DNA of 64,000 bases from an uncultured Gammaproteobacteria bacterium (GCA_964582615.1 CAZORP010000003.1:2091-66090); one strand, 5' to 3'. Shown: positions 1 through 9,563, numbered from the stretch's first letter. The notes: generated by a model from the sequence alone, not told the origin. Program-made: numbers and translations.

Positions 1-2
1 TC

Positions 3-1100
3 TTCAAGGGAAGCAAAGTGCATGTTGGAAACCTAACCATTACCGAAGATGTTCTTACGAGAGTGTTTCAAGATCTCGATTCAGCCCCTCTTGAAAACTT
101 AGAAAAAAACCTTGCCGACGTATACTTGGGAGATGTTTATTTTTCCTGCAACTCCATGGAAAGTTTGTTTCGAGATGAGAATATTGAAAATCTCCTCAAT
201 AGCATCTTCCAAAATAAAACCTTCTACGGATCCGTCACCATCTTTCCTCACAGTGCGAATGCTCGAAATATCGGCTTCCGCAAAGGACTCTCTTGTACCG
301 TATTTGGAAGCAAGATTGTCCTATATTCGGGAGTGTATTTTTCACAACAACTTTCCCTGAGCGGCCTATGCCAGCACATTGACCTCGACGGTGTTCACGC
401 GTATTACGGATATCATCACGAATTTAACCCTAATGATTCCCTTTCTCTAAATCTTAAAAATATCTCCACGCACAACCTGCGTCTTCATCGCGGATTTGAT
501 ATTTCAGGAATTCGTAGCGTCACTTTTCCCCAAAAAATAACTTCAACCGTTGTTCTTTCGCACGACTATCTCAACAATCTCCCACCATCCACCGACTTAA
601 CCATCGTTTACACACAAGGTGAGTCACCAAAAAATCCCCTGACTATCCCAGAGGAGGTTACACAGTTTACGGCATTACAAATAACAAACCTTGACAACAT
701 CGCACTTCCCCAAAATCTCGAACGGCTCTGTCTGAGCATCACCTCAGCAAAAAGAGTACTTTTTCCACCCCATCTGAAGATACTCGATCTGTACCACCTC
801 GACACCTTTGAAGGGCTACTTCTTCCACCGCATGCGCAACTTGTCTATAACGAACCCATGAGAAAAGAGCTTGAAGAAGCCATGAAAGGCGGACGCGACA
901 TCCTGCAGGAATGCCGTGATGCGTGGCTTGAAGAGTATCAAAGGACACGATTCCATGGCGTATTTCCACCAGAAGAGGGCACACTGCCAAAGTCCATCCC
1001 CCTTCTCATGCCAACTCCCCCGGAAGAACCGAGTGTAGTCAAAAGAATCGTAACTTCAGCAAAAAACTTATGGAACAGGTTCTTTAGAGAGAAAAAATAG
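3..1100 (+). CDS. hypothetical protein with LRR/FNIP-like repeats, 5'-truncated by window edge; paralogue of next ORF
   Basis: Frame is open from nt 3 (FKGSKVHVGNL, matching FQGSKVHFGDL in the next ORF). Contains LPxxLxxLxL-type repeats and shares the C-terminal GRDILQECRDAW motif. Confidence 0.7.
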   Translation, partial: FKGSKVHVGNLTITEDVLTRVFQDLDSAPLENLEKNLADVYLGDVYFSCNSMESLFRDENIENLLNSIFQNKTFYGSVTIFPHSANARNIGFRKGLSCTVFGSKIVLYSGVYFSQQLSLSGLCQHIDLDGVHAYYGYHHEFNPNDSLSLNLKNISTHNLRLHRGFDISGIRSVTFPQKITSTVVLSHDYLNNLPPSTDLTIVYTQGESPKNPLTIPEEVTQFTALQITNLDNIALPQNLERLCLSITSAKRVLFPPHLKILDLYHLDTFEGLLLPPHAQLVYNEPMRKELEEAMKGGRDILQECRDAWLEEYQRTRFHGVFPPEEGTLPKSIPLLMPTPPEEPSVVKRIVTSAKNLWNRFFREKK

Positions 1101-1125
1101 CAATGACAAATCTCACTCACTGCCT

Positions 1126-2670
1126 ATGCGCGATCCTTTTTCTCAACCAAAAAAACCAGAACAGCTTCGCTTTGAACATTCAGACCATTCCCCTGCAAAT
1201 AAACATCCTGAAATTTTTGAAGGATTTGTTAAGAATTTCTTTAAAGGCGCGGACGCTGAGATGGCCGCCGTGTACCAAGATGCTCTTATTGAGAAATTTA
1301 TTAAAAATTCAAAAATCTTTACAAACTTCATTTTAGGAGACCCCTTCTGGACGAATTGGGCCTTTTCTCGAGAAGATCTCATTCAAGCTTTTGATGACAT
1401 CTTTACCTTGGCAAGTATCTTTGAACGATACAGATCTTCTAACCTCACAACAACTCAATTATCACTCACAGAGCAAGAACTTCGCGCGATCTACACCTAC
1501 AAAAAAACACTTTTCTTCTTCGATTGTACATTACAAAAAAACGTGCATTCGAGTGCACGCGAAAGAATGAGGAACTTCTTCTTAAATTTTATCAAAAACC
1601 AACATCAACCGCATAAGGAAAATATTGCCAAGATTTTTAAATGCAAACCCGATGAGGTAAGCACTGATCTCAACGGTTTTTTTCAAGGAAGTAAAGTTCA
1701 CTTTGGAGATCTTGCCATCGCCGAAGTCTCATTGGTAAACAATAATACTCACGCGGAACATTCCTCTACCTATAGACAAAAAAGCCCATTTGCACGCACA
1801 ATTCTAGGAGATGTCTCCTTTGCCCCCAGGGGGTTACTCAATGAGAGCATGCGTATTTCTGCAAGAGACCTTTTTTCTGATGTTTTTCAAGATGCAATAA
1901 TTTACGGATCTTCGAAAATAGCATTCAGCTACCCGTTCGAGACGTCTTCAAATCTCTCAAGACATACATCATTCACACTTTTTGGCCAATATCTCGATAT
2001 CTCATTTTCTTCGCAAGCGAAAGAAATGCTCTCTGTACGGGGCTTTTGTTCAAACACCACTCTAGCACTTTCTCTCCAGCATGAAGGTGCGGTTTTTAAT
2101 CTACAAAACTTCTCGACACACTCACTCGCATCCCTCACAACGTTATCACACGTCATTCTTCCAGCGAGCACCGTAAATAATGCTGCCATTCTCTTTGAAA
2201 AGAGTAACAATCTTCCAAAGGCAAGGAGTCTGTCAGTAGTATTTTTTGAGGAAAGCCTCAGCGAACCTCTTAATCTACAAAATAGCATCACAGAATTTCA
2301 CGCCGAAAATCTGCATGATCTTCGAAATATCTCACTCCCATCACAACTCGAGAGTCTTACGCTTGGAATTACGCAAGCAAAAAATGCATTCTTTCCCCCT
2401 TATCTTAAAAAACTAGACCTTCCCAAGCTCACAACCCTTGAAGGTCTCTTACTTCCACCACACGCAGAATTCACATCTAATACCGCCATTAAAACACTCA
2501 TCTCAACAGCGAAGACACAAGGCAGGGATATCTTACAAGAGTGCCGAGATGCATGGATGAAAGAGTATCAAACAACGAGATTTGATGGGGTCTATCCAGA
2601 CGAGGAAGGCGCCATACCTGAACACATTCCACTTCTCCAACCTTTACGCTCAAAACCCGGGCAAATATAA
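1126..2670 (+). CDS. hypothetical protein with C-terminal LRR/FNIP-like repeats
   Basis: 514-aa ORF with LPSQLESLTLG and FPPYLKKLDL repeats; C-terminus highly similar to the upstream ORF. Confidence 0.75.
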   Translation: MRDPFSQPKKPEQLRFEHSDHSPANKHPEIFEGFVKNFFKGADAEMAAVYQDALIEKFIKNSKIFTNFILGDPFWTNWAFSREDLIQAFDDIFTLASIFERYRSSNLTTTQLSLTEQELRAIYTYKKTLFFFDCTLQKNVHSSARERMRNFFLNFIKNQHQPHKENIAKIFKCKPDEVSTDLNGFFQGSKVHFGDLAIAEVSLVNNNTHAEHSSTYRQKSPFARTILGDVSFAPRGLLNESMRISARDLFSDVFQDAIIYGSSKIAFSYPFETSSNLSRHTSFTLFGQYLDISFSSQAKEMLSVRGFCSNTTLALSLQHEGAVFNLQNFSTHSLASLTTLSHVILPASTVNNAAILFEKSNNLPKARSLSVVFFEESLSEPLNLQNSITEFHAENLHDLRNISLPSQLESLTLGITQAKNAFFPPYLKKLDLPKLTTLEGLLLPPHAEFTSNTAIKTLISTAKTQGRDILQECRDAWMKEYQTTRFDGVYPDEEGAIPEHIPLLQPLRSKPGQI

Positions 2671-2717
2671 GAATATCTGCAAGCCCCGGAAAGACTTTCT
2701 GGTTGCAACGTAATATC

Positions 2718-2746
2718 TTGACGTTTTTAGCTAAATCTGGCATACT
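2718..2746 (+). promoter_or_regulatory. sigma70-type promoter for rplK
   Basis: TTGACG-17 nt-CATACT with extended TG. Confidence 0.65.
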
Positions 2747-2815
2747 TTTGCCACTTATTCACGAGGTGGTTGCTCCTTTCTTTGGAGATTCCACTGTAAA
2801 AAGTTCTCGTTTCTT

Positions 2816-3241
2816 ATGGCAAAGAAAATCAAAGCCATTTTGAAGGTGCAGGCAATTGGTGGCGCAGCTACCCCAGCACCACCACTTGGTCCGGTACTTG
2901 GTCAGCAAGGTGTACCAATTCAACAGTTCGTATTGGAATTTAACGCCGCAACGCAAGATCGTCGCGGTGAAGTCGTTCCTGCGGTTATCACCGTGTACGA
3001 AGATCGAACATTTTCGTTCATCCTCAAAACCGCTCCTGCGTCTGAACTCATTAAAAAAGAGCTCGGAATCAAAACAGGATCCGGAAAGCCAAACCAAGAA
3101 AAGCTTGGAAAGCTTACCAAGGAACAGCTCAAGCGTGTTGCTGAAAAGAAACTTCCCGACCTCAATACCAAGGACGTTGCAAAGGCAATGAAGATCATTG
3201 CAGGAACTGCACGTCAAATGGGTGTTGATGTCGAGGTATAA
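2816..3241 (+). CDS. rplK: 50S ribosomal protein L11
   Basis: ATPAPPLGPVLGQQGV and ITVYEDRTFSFILKTAPAS motifs. Confidence 0.99.
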   Translation: MAKKIKAILKVQAIGGAATPAPPLGPVLGQQGVPIQQFVLEFNAATQDRRGEVVPAVITVYEDRTFSFILKTAPASELIKKELGIKTGSGKPNQEKLGKLTKEQLKRVAEKKLPDLNTKDVAKAMKIIAGTARQMGVDVEV

Positions 3242-3269
3242 TCTTCACATCACTCATCATCCTTTCTCT

Positions 3270-3683
3270 ATGGCACTTTCATCATCTCGCCCGGGAACGT
3301 CACTCATTCTGCGCATGTACTTTGCCGTCATCGCAGCAGTAACGCTCTTTACGCTCATGTTTGGTGCCATAAACCTTCTCACCGTTGGCTTGCGAATGAT
3401 CATTCCCGGAGCAAACCAACCCGAGTGGGGCCTCGAAGATTGCAACATTACTACCCCACGGTACGATGTTCCAACCGTCGACGGCGAAAGTGTTCCTGTA
3501 ACTTCTCCAGAAGAACTCAAAGCATCATGCGAAGCACGAAATGCGGATGTTCTTAAAAACTGGAAGAGTCAACAACTTAGCGAGCTCGTTCAAGATATCG
3601 CGCTCTTCATTGTTTCGCTTCCTCTCTTTGTCGTACACTTCCGAGTTGTCTACAAAGACTGGAAAAAGGAACACGAAGATTAA
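3270..3683 (+). CDS. small two-TM membrane protein (DUF5671-like) between rplK and rplA
   Basis: Two hydrophobic segments flank a Cys-containing loop; the C-terminal IVSLPLFVVHFR resembles DUF5671. Start moved to ATG 3270. Confidence 0.7.
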   Translation: MALSSSRPGTSLILRMYFAVIAAVTLFTLMFGAINLLTVGLRMIIPGANQPEWGLEDCNITTPRYDVPTVDGESVPVTSPEELKASCEARNADVLKNWKSQQLSELVQDIALFIVSLPLFVVHFRVVYKDWKKEHED

Positions 3684-3690
3684 TCTTTAC

Positions 3691-3719
3691 GTGGGAGTTC
3701 TCAAGAACGCTATAACCAC
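3691..3719 (+). promoter_or_regulatory. L1-binding autoregulatory RNA site upstream of rplA
   Basis: GUGGGAG-hairpin(GUUC/GAAC)-GCUAUAACCAC matches the 23S rRNA L1-site mimic found before rplA in many bacteria. Confidence 0.75.
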
Positions 3720-3728
3720 CATTTTTCT

Positions 3729-4403
3729 ATGCACAGCAAACGTTTCTCCGCCCTCAAGGCCGCAGTGGTACAAAAAGTTTCCCCAGAAAAAGGCATTGCT
3801 TCAGTAAAGGCAAATGCAACTGCAAAATTCGACGAAACTATTGAATTGCACTTCTCTTTGGGTATCGATCCAAAGCAGGGCGATCAACAGATCCGTGGAA
3901 CTATCACGCTTCCTCACGGAACGGGAAAGACCAAGCGCGTTGCAGCATTCGTTGACTCGGCAAATGAAGCCGCAGCAAAAGCCGCAGGTGCTGACATTGT
4001 TGCAACTGAAGAAACGATTGATGAAATCGTTCGCACAGGAAAGATCGACTTCGACGTCGCTGTTGCCGTACCTAGCATGATGACAAAGCTCGCTAAGGCG
4101 GCAAAGGTTCTTGGTCCTCGTGGTTTGATGCCAAACCCTAAGACCGATACCGTTAACCCCAACGTTGCAAAGATGATCGCTGAACAAAAAGCAGGAAAGA
4201 TCTCTTTTAAAAACGACAACACGGGTAACGTTCACATGATCGTTGGAAAAGCTTCTTTTGAAGAATCCAAGCTCATTGAAAATGCTCTCGCGGCAATTGA
4301 CGCTGTACGTAAAGTAAAGCCTCAAAGCGCAAAGGGTATCTACTTCAAATCCGCAACGGTGACTTCCACCATGGGACCAGCCGTACGTATCGACGTCGCG
4401 TAA
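3729..4403 (+). CDS. rplA: 50S ribosomal protein L1
   Basis: KFDETIELHFSLGIDP, LPHGTGK, LGPRGLMPNPK and STMGP motifs. Confidence 0.99.
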   Translation: MHSKRFSALKAAVVQKVSPEKGIASVKANATAKFDETIELHFSLGIDPKQGDQQIRGTITLPHGTGKTKRVAAFVDSANEAAAKAAGADIVATEETIDEIVRTGKIDFDVAVAVPSMMTKLAKAAKVLGPRGLMPNPKTDTVNPNVAKMIAEQKAGKISFKNDNTGNVHMIVGKASFEESKLIENALAAIDAVRKVKPQSAKGIYFKSATVTSTMGPAVRIDVA

Positions 4404-4411
4404 AAATCCCC

Positions 4412-4448
4412 ATAAAAACAGCCTCATTACGAGGTTGTTTTTATTTTT
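4412..4448 (+). terminator. intrinsic terminator after rplA
   Basis: ATAAAAACAGCCTC-attac-GAGGTTGTTTTTAT followed by a T run. Confidence 0.75.
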
Positions 4449-4529
4449 CTCCGAAACACTATTTTCCTGCAGGAGGTGGGGATTTTTTCATTGTATGAAA
4501 AGTAACGGTTTGCTAAGGTTCCGAACAAT

Positions 4530-5636
4530 ATGGACTTCTCAACGCTTTCGGGGGCATTAGCGTATCAACACATTCGGTCACTCATTGATGCTCGACATAT
4601 CTTTGGAGCATCGCCAACACACCTTCAGCCCTCCTCCCTAGACCTCAGCCTCTCCCAGGAAATTTACCGCATGCGAGGATCGTATCTTCCAAGAACTGGT
4701 GAACGTGTCCGCACCCTTATTAAAGAAGGTTCTCTTTACGAAACCTCATTTAATGAACCCCTCGAACTCAACAGTATCTACTTAGTTCGCCTTAACGAAA
4801 CCCTCGTTCTTCCACCTTCCATTTACGCTTTTACCAATAACAAGTCCTCAACGGGAAGAGTCAACCTCCAAACACGCCTGCTCCTCGATGGCGTAAGCGC
4901 TTTTGACAGTATCCCCGCAGGTTACACCGGCGAGCTTTGGCTTGAAATTATTCCAAAATCTTTTCCTGTAAAACTCTGTCCCGGGGAACGACTCAATCAA
5001 ATTCGATTCTTCGCTTCAGATACACGACTAAGCACCGAAGAGCACCTTCAATTTCATGCCGAAGAAGGATTTCTCTTTGATGCTCAACAAAAAAAGGTCT
5101 TCTCACCTCAACACGCACGAGCATCAGGAATCACCATGTCAATTGATCTTACATCACAAGATATCATTGGCTACGTATGCAGACCAACAAATGGGAAGGT
5201 TCTTGACTATCAACGAAGGGACTACGCTTCACACGACTTTTTTTCTCCCATTTTTCGAACAAAAAAAGAAGAACTTGTTCTTCAGAAAGAAGACTTTTAT
5301 ATTCTCGTTACCAAGGAAGGTATTCGCGTACCTCCTCACTACGCCGTTGAGATGGCGCCGTATGACGTAGGAAAGGGTGAATTTAGAAGTCATTATGCGG
5401 GCTTTTTTGATCCCGGATTTGGCTATCGTGCAGATGGAAGTGTCATGGGAAGTCCGGCAGTTCTTGAAGTCTTCACCCATGATAACGATTTCATTCTCAG
5501 AGATGGCCAGCCGATTTGTACTATGGTGTACGAAAAACTCTCCGCACTACCTGAGGTATGCTACGGAGAGCAGGGTTTGGGAAGTAACTACTTTGCCCAG
5601 CGAGGACCAAAGCTTAGTAAGCATTTTTCCTCCTAA
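4530..5636 (+). CDS. dcd: dCTP deaminase (long, two-domain type)
   Basis: QPSSLDL, NKSSTGR, GEFRSHYAGFFDPGFG and C-terminal LSKHF motifs; 368 aa. Confidence 0.92.
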   Translation: MDFSTLSGALAYQHIRSLIDARHIFGASPTHLQPSSLDLSLSQEIYRMRGSYLPRTGERVRTLIKEGSLYETSFNEPLELNSIYLVRLNETLVLPPSIYAFTNNKSSTGRVNLQTRLLLDGVSAFDSIPAGYTGELWLEIIPKSFPVKLCPGERLNQIRFFASDTRLSTEEHLQFHAEEGFLFDAQQKKVFSPQHARASGITMSIDLTSQDIIGYVCRPTNGKVLDYQRRDYASHDFFSPIFRTKKEELVLQKEDFYILVTKEGIRVPPHYAVEMAPYDVGKGEFRSHYAGFFDPGFGYRADGSVMGSPAVLEVFTHDNDFILRDGQPICTMVYEKLSALPEVCYGEQGLGSNYFAQRGPKLSKHFSS

Positions 5637-7477
5637 GCAAGGCCTTTTTCAAGAAGCTTCTGCGACTGACGAGCTTCTGCGGCGGCGCGTGCCCAAGGAT
5701 ATTCTTGATAATCAACAAATTGCAAAAGACCAGCATCTTGTATCCATGGCGCACGTTCATGGATACTCGTTGTCATTTTCTGACATATTCTTCGATAGTC
5801 AGGATGGCCTTGAGGGATGGTTCGTAGCTCAAGAAGATGCTGTGCTTCACGAAGAGAAAATCCCATGGTAAATCGGATATGATGTCCAAAAAGCACGCAA
5901 TACTGTGCAAGTTCCGCACCAAAATCCTTCTCAAGTGCGCGATAGAGCTCCTTAACTTCAGCAACAAGAGCCCAAACCTCTCCCCCACGACCAAGAGCCT
6001 TAATATCTTCAGGAAGTGTGAAGCCTAAAAATGGCTGAAGATATTGGCGCTGTTGCGTGAGAATTCTGTGACGATGGAGGTCACGAAAGACTCCAAAATT
6101 TGCCACAATATCAAATGTGCATGCATATCCATGTTCCCATCCTCGACCATAGCGATCTCGTCGAGAGGTACGAGAAGAGAAATCGCGAAGACGCTGAAGA
6201 AGGATCTCTACGGTGTCTTTCTTGAGACGCTCCACTATTTGAGAAAATGAGACTCGTGCAAAAGGAAAGTACAGTGATGCGAGAATGTGTGCCATACCAT
6301 CCCTCCCCGACTGTAAAAGATTTGGGATATCCAGAGGAACAACCTCTTCTTCAGCGTGTTCAGAAAATATCAAGAACTCGGGATAGTGCTCAAGAAGGTG
6401 ATTTTTTGCAACTTTTTCTTCATTTTTTGCAAGAATATCACCATTAGGAGATGCTCGCTTAACATACTTTGGAATAAGCTCGTTAAGTGTCGAGTGAAGA
6501 CGCTGTCCAATATCTTGGTACTCGTGCATATCTTCATGACTATATAGCCGCTTAAGCAGGTGTTCGTACGTGCGACCATTTGCCACCATGGCAAGATTCG
6601 TCAGCGTTGCGGCGGGAAGCACGACACGGGCAGTATCACATGCTCGCGTCTTAATATCGAACTTATATACTCGTCGAAATTCCTTTTGTTCTTTTTCTTC
6701 GGTCAAATCTGCGAGTTTATAGAGCGTTTTATCTTGTGGCTTTACCGCGTACTCAGCTTGATCGAGAGGCTTAAGTGTTTCGTAATGCACCACTAATTCA
6801 TCAACAAGCTTGGTGTACAACAAGAATGCTCGATCGAGCACGCGCTCATACGCTTCCCCGTGCGAGGAAGCCATAATGCGGGGATCTCGATAATACGCAA
6901 ACTTTCCCGTGACTAAATCACGATCATTGTACACGATATATCGACTGGACTGCTCAATAAAGCTTCCCAATCGACGATCTTCAATGAGTTTTGACGCGAG
7001 ATTACTTACCGAGTTAAAAAGCACCGTTGCCGTTTCAAGCTCCTGAACCGAATCGTCACCGTACTGCAAAAGAATGCGTTCAATGATTTCATCAAGCTTT
7101 TTTACCTTCAACTCTCCAACGGGAATACCGAGCTTTTCACTTTCTTCAGGAGTTTGCACGAGAAACTCATTAACCAATACGTCAACGACTGTACCCTGAG
7201 CACGAGACTGTCGAGCAAGCATGGCGCCCGTCAATCCCGAAAGCTTCTTAGTATTTACCGCGGTAACCGTGCTTGTTGGCGTAATAAATGCCGCCGAAGC
7301 CGCAAGATCGTATCCTTGCTTCTTGAGTGTTGCACGATACGGAAGCGTGACGCCATCGCCATACGCAACAACCTGCTCCTGCTGAATGGATCCATCTTGC
7401 AGATAGGTTTCAAGGGCAAATGTAGCTAAACGATCATCTTCACCAATCTTATGAACGCGAGAATTTTCATGAGGCAT
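5633..7477 (-). CDS. thyX: FAD-dependent thymidylate synthase, tandem two-domain form
   Basis: EQSSRY, DTARVVLPAAT, FRDLHRHRILTQQRQ and HLLELRTIPQGHPDYR motifs. Confidence 0.92.
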   Translation of the reverse strand: MPHENSRVHKIGEDDRLATFALETYLQDGSIQQEQVVAYGDGVTLPYRATLKKQGYDLAASAAFITPTSTVTAVNTKKLSGLTGAMLARQSRAQGTVVDVLVNEFLVQTPEESEKLGIPVGELKVKKLDEIIERILLQYGDDSVQELETATVLFNSVSNLASKLIEDRRLGSFIEQSSRYIVYNDRDLVTGKFAYYRDPRIMASSHGEAYERVLDRAFLLYTKLVDELVVHYETLKPLDQAEYAVKPQDKTLYKLADLTEEKEQKEFRRVYKFDIKTRACDTARVVLPAATLTNLAMVANGRTYEHLLKRLYSHEDMHEYQDIGQRLHSTLNELIPKYVKRASPNGDILAKNEEKVAKNHLLEHYPEFLIFSEHAEEEVVPLDIPNLLQSGRDGMAHILASLYFPFARVSFSQIVERLKKDTVEILLQRLRDFSSRTSRRDRYGRGWEHGYACTFDIVANFGVFRDLHRHRILTQQRQYLQPFLGFTLPEDIKALGRGGEVWALVAEVKELYRALEKDFGAELAQYCVLFGHHIRFTMGFSLREAQHLLELRTIPQGHPDYRRICQKMTTSIHERAPWIQDAGLLQFVDYQEYPWARAAAEARQSQKLLEKGLA

Positions 7478-7495
7478 AGAGCATGAGTTGTTGCG

Positions 7496-7524
7496 ACTGT
7501 ACGAGGAGCCTGTCCTTCGGTCAA
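7496..7524 (-). promoter_or_regulatory. promoter for thyX
   Basis: Minus strand TTGACC-17 nt-TACAGT. Confidence 0.6.
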
Positions 7525-7579
7525 ACCTCTGTGTGGATAGGACATTGCAAAAGTTTCCTTACCTGAGAAAATATCCCAT

Positions 7580-8014
7580 ATGGAACTCCCCTTTCGTCGT
7601 CTCTCGCCCCATGCATCTTTGCCAACGTATCAAACCGAAGGATCTCTAGGTTTTGACATTGCAATCCTCGAATCCGTCACCTTACAACCTCAGGAACGTG
7701 CACGCTGTAGAACCGGACTTTGTGTTGCGGTACCAAAGGGATATGGTCTTTTTCTTTTTTCTCGATCAAGTGGCGGCAAACGAGGAATCATCCTCGCGAA
7801 TAGCGTTGGTGTTATCGATAGCGACTACTGCGGGCCAAACGATGAAATCCTCCTTATGCTGTACAATATTTCTCAAGAATCTCTAACCATCCAAGCTGGA
7901 GAACGCGTCGCACAAGGCGTTCTTCTTCCCGTTGCACAAGCTCGTATCATCGAGCCAGAGTCGTGGGAAGCCAACCGTGACCGTGGAGGCTTTGGAAGTA
8001 CCGGGCTACTATGA
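7580..8014 (+). CDS. dut: dUTP diphosphatase
   Basis: GFD, SRSS, GVIDSDYCG, GERVAQ and RGGFGSTG motifs. Confidence 0.97.
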   Translation: MELPFRRLSPHASLPTYQTEGSLGFDIAILESVTLQPQERARCRTGLCVAVPKGYGLFLFSRSSGGKRGIILANSVGVIDSDYCGPNDEILLMLYNISQESLTIQAGERVAQGVLLPVAQARIIEPESWEANRDRGGFGSTGLL

Positions 8015-8712
8015 AACATCTCATGATTGACGGCATTGGTGGAAGCGGAAAAACGACTATCGTTCGAGCTTTTGTAGAACATCTTAAACAACAAGGAAAA
8101 TCCGTTTTTATTCTTGAGGATTTTGAAAAACAACACCATGCCCTACCCCAAGAACACGACTGGGAACACGCCGATGTACTCTGGATTGCAGAGCCAACAA
8201 AGTCATGGACGGGATCAGCGATTCGAGGAGAGCTTCTTCGTAAAGACCTTCCCTACGATCCAAAGCTTGTCGCCATCGCCTTCGCCGTAGATCGTGCCGC
8301 ACTCTACACTCGCATCGTACTTCCAGCACGTAATCGCGGAAAAATCATTCTTCATGAGCGAGGAGTATACACCTCAATCGCCTATCAGGGAGCAATGCCC
8401 GGAGGCTACTCTCGGGACGCTATCGCTCAGCTTCCCGGAAACTCCCTTGCACTTGCCCATCCTCCAGAAATCCTTATCGTCTGCGATCCTGGCGGCGTTG
8501 ATGCGGGACTTGAACGGCTCGCCATTCGAAATGACCATCGCCTTGGCGTAGCGGGAGAACGAGAACTCCTTCAGGCGGCACATACATGGTTCACAGAAAC
8601 TGCCCCCACATATTTCGCACAAACTTCCTGTACATATCGTATACTCTCTACGGCACTCCCCAAAGAAGACGCAATCTCTCAAGGTATTACCCTTTTTTCC
8701 TCTCTTTTATGA
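8011..8712 (+). CDS. tmk: thymidylate kinase
   Basis: DGIGGSGKTT P-loop, EPT, FAVDR and ERGVYTSIAYQG; ATGA overlap with dut. Confidence 0.9.
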   Translation: MKHLMIDGIGGSGKTTIVRAFVEHLKQQGKSVFILEDFEKQHHALPQEHDWEHADVLWIAEPTKSWTGSAIRGELLRKDLPYDPKLVAIAFAVDRAALYTRIVLPARNRGKIILHERGVYTSIAYQGAMPGGYSRDAIAQLPGNSLALAHPPEILIVCDPGGVDAGLERLAIRNDHRLGVAGERELLQAAHTWFTETAPTYFAQTSCTYRILSTALPKEDAISQGITLFSSLL

Positions 8713-9563
8713 AAACCCCCATCACACTTGGCAACCTCATCGATACCTCCTTCCATCATTACACAACCTTTCTCCCAGAACTTCTTGGAATATCGCTTTG
8801 GCTTCTTGTTGCACAAATTCCCAGCGCACTAGGAACCCTTCTAAGCTCAGAAGGTGTTGATCTTTCATGGATGACCATTGCGTCGTTTTCTTTAAACGCT
8901 CTCGGCTTTATTGGAACGGTTCTTGTAAGCATTCACGTGGGTGTCGCGCTCATTCTTGCCATCTCACAACAACGAACAGGTGTCCACATCGATCCACGAG
9001 CTATGCTTCGTGAAGCTTTCGCGAAAGATCTCTCCTACACCTGGGCATCAATACTCCAAGCCCTCGCTCCAATTGGAACCGTGCTCATTCCTCTTTGTAT
9101 CGCTCTTGTATTGGGCTTTATAGCGAGCTCGCTTCCCACGAAAGGATCTTTCGTGAATGCCCTTGGCATTTTTAGCATCTTTGGAGGAATTATTGCTGCA
9201 CTCGTAGGAGCGATTATTGTTTCTGTTCGCTATACATTTACTCCCTTTACCAACGTCATCGAAGGAAAGCGAGGTCTTGCGGCATTGCGAGGAAGTCGCG
9301 AGCTCGTTGAGGGATCCTGGTGGAGCGTTGCTATTAATACTTTTATTCCAAGTCTTCTTTACACCATTCTTTTTGCAACCGTCCTTGGCATTCTTGCGTG
9401 GATTTCGGGAAGCTTTGCACTCATGTTCTCTCAGAATAGCTTCCTTATCGCAAAACTCACTTCAATATTCAATTTATTCATCTTTACCCTAGGACAAAGC
9501 CTTATCACCCCCCTTCTTCTTATCACCTCCTTTGTTTTGTATGAAAACCGACGATCTCGCTAA
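8709..9563 (+). CDS. multi-pass membrane protein (UPF0259/GDPD membrane-domain-like)
   Basis: About 6 TM segments and ALRGSRELVEGSWW motif; ATGA-coupled to tmk. Confidence 0.7.
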   Translation: MKTPITLGNLIDTSFHHYTTFLPELLGISLWLLVAQIPSALGTLLSSEGVDLSWMTIASFSLNALGFIGTVLVSIHVGVALILAISQQRTGVHIDPRAMLREAFAKDLSYTWASILQALAPIGTVLIPLCIALVLGFIASSLPTKGSFVNALGIFSIFGGIIAALVGAIIVSVRYTFTPFTNVIEGKRGLAALRGSRELVEGSWWSVAINTFIPSLLYTILFATVLGILAWISGSFALMFSQNSFLIAKLTSIFNLFIFTLGQSLITPLLLITSFVLYENRRSR

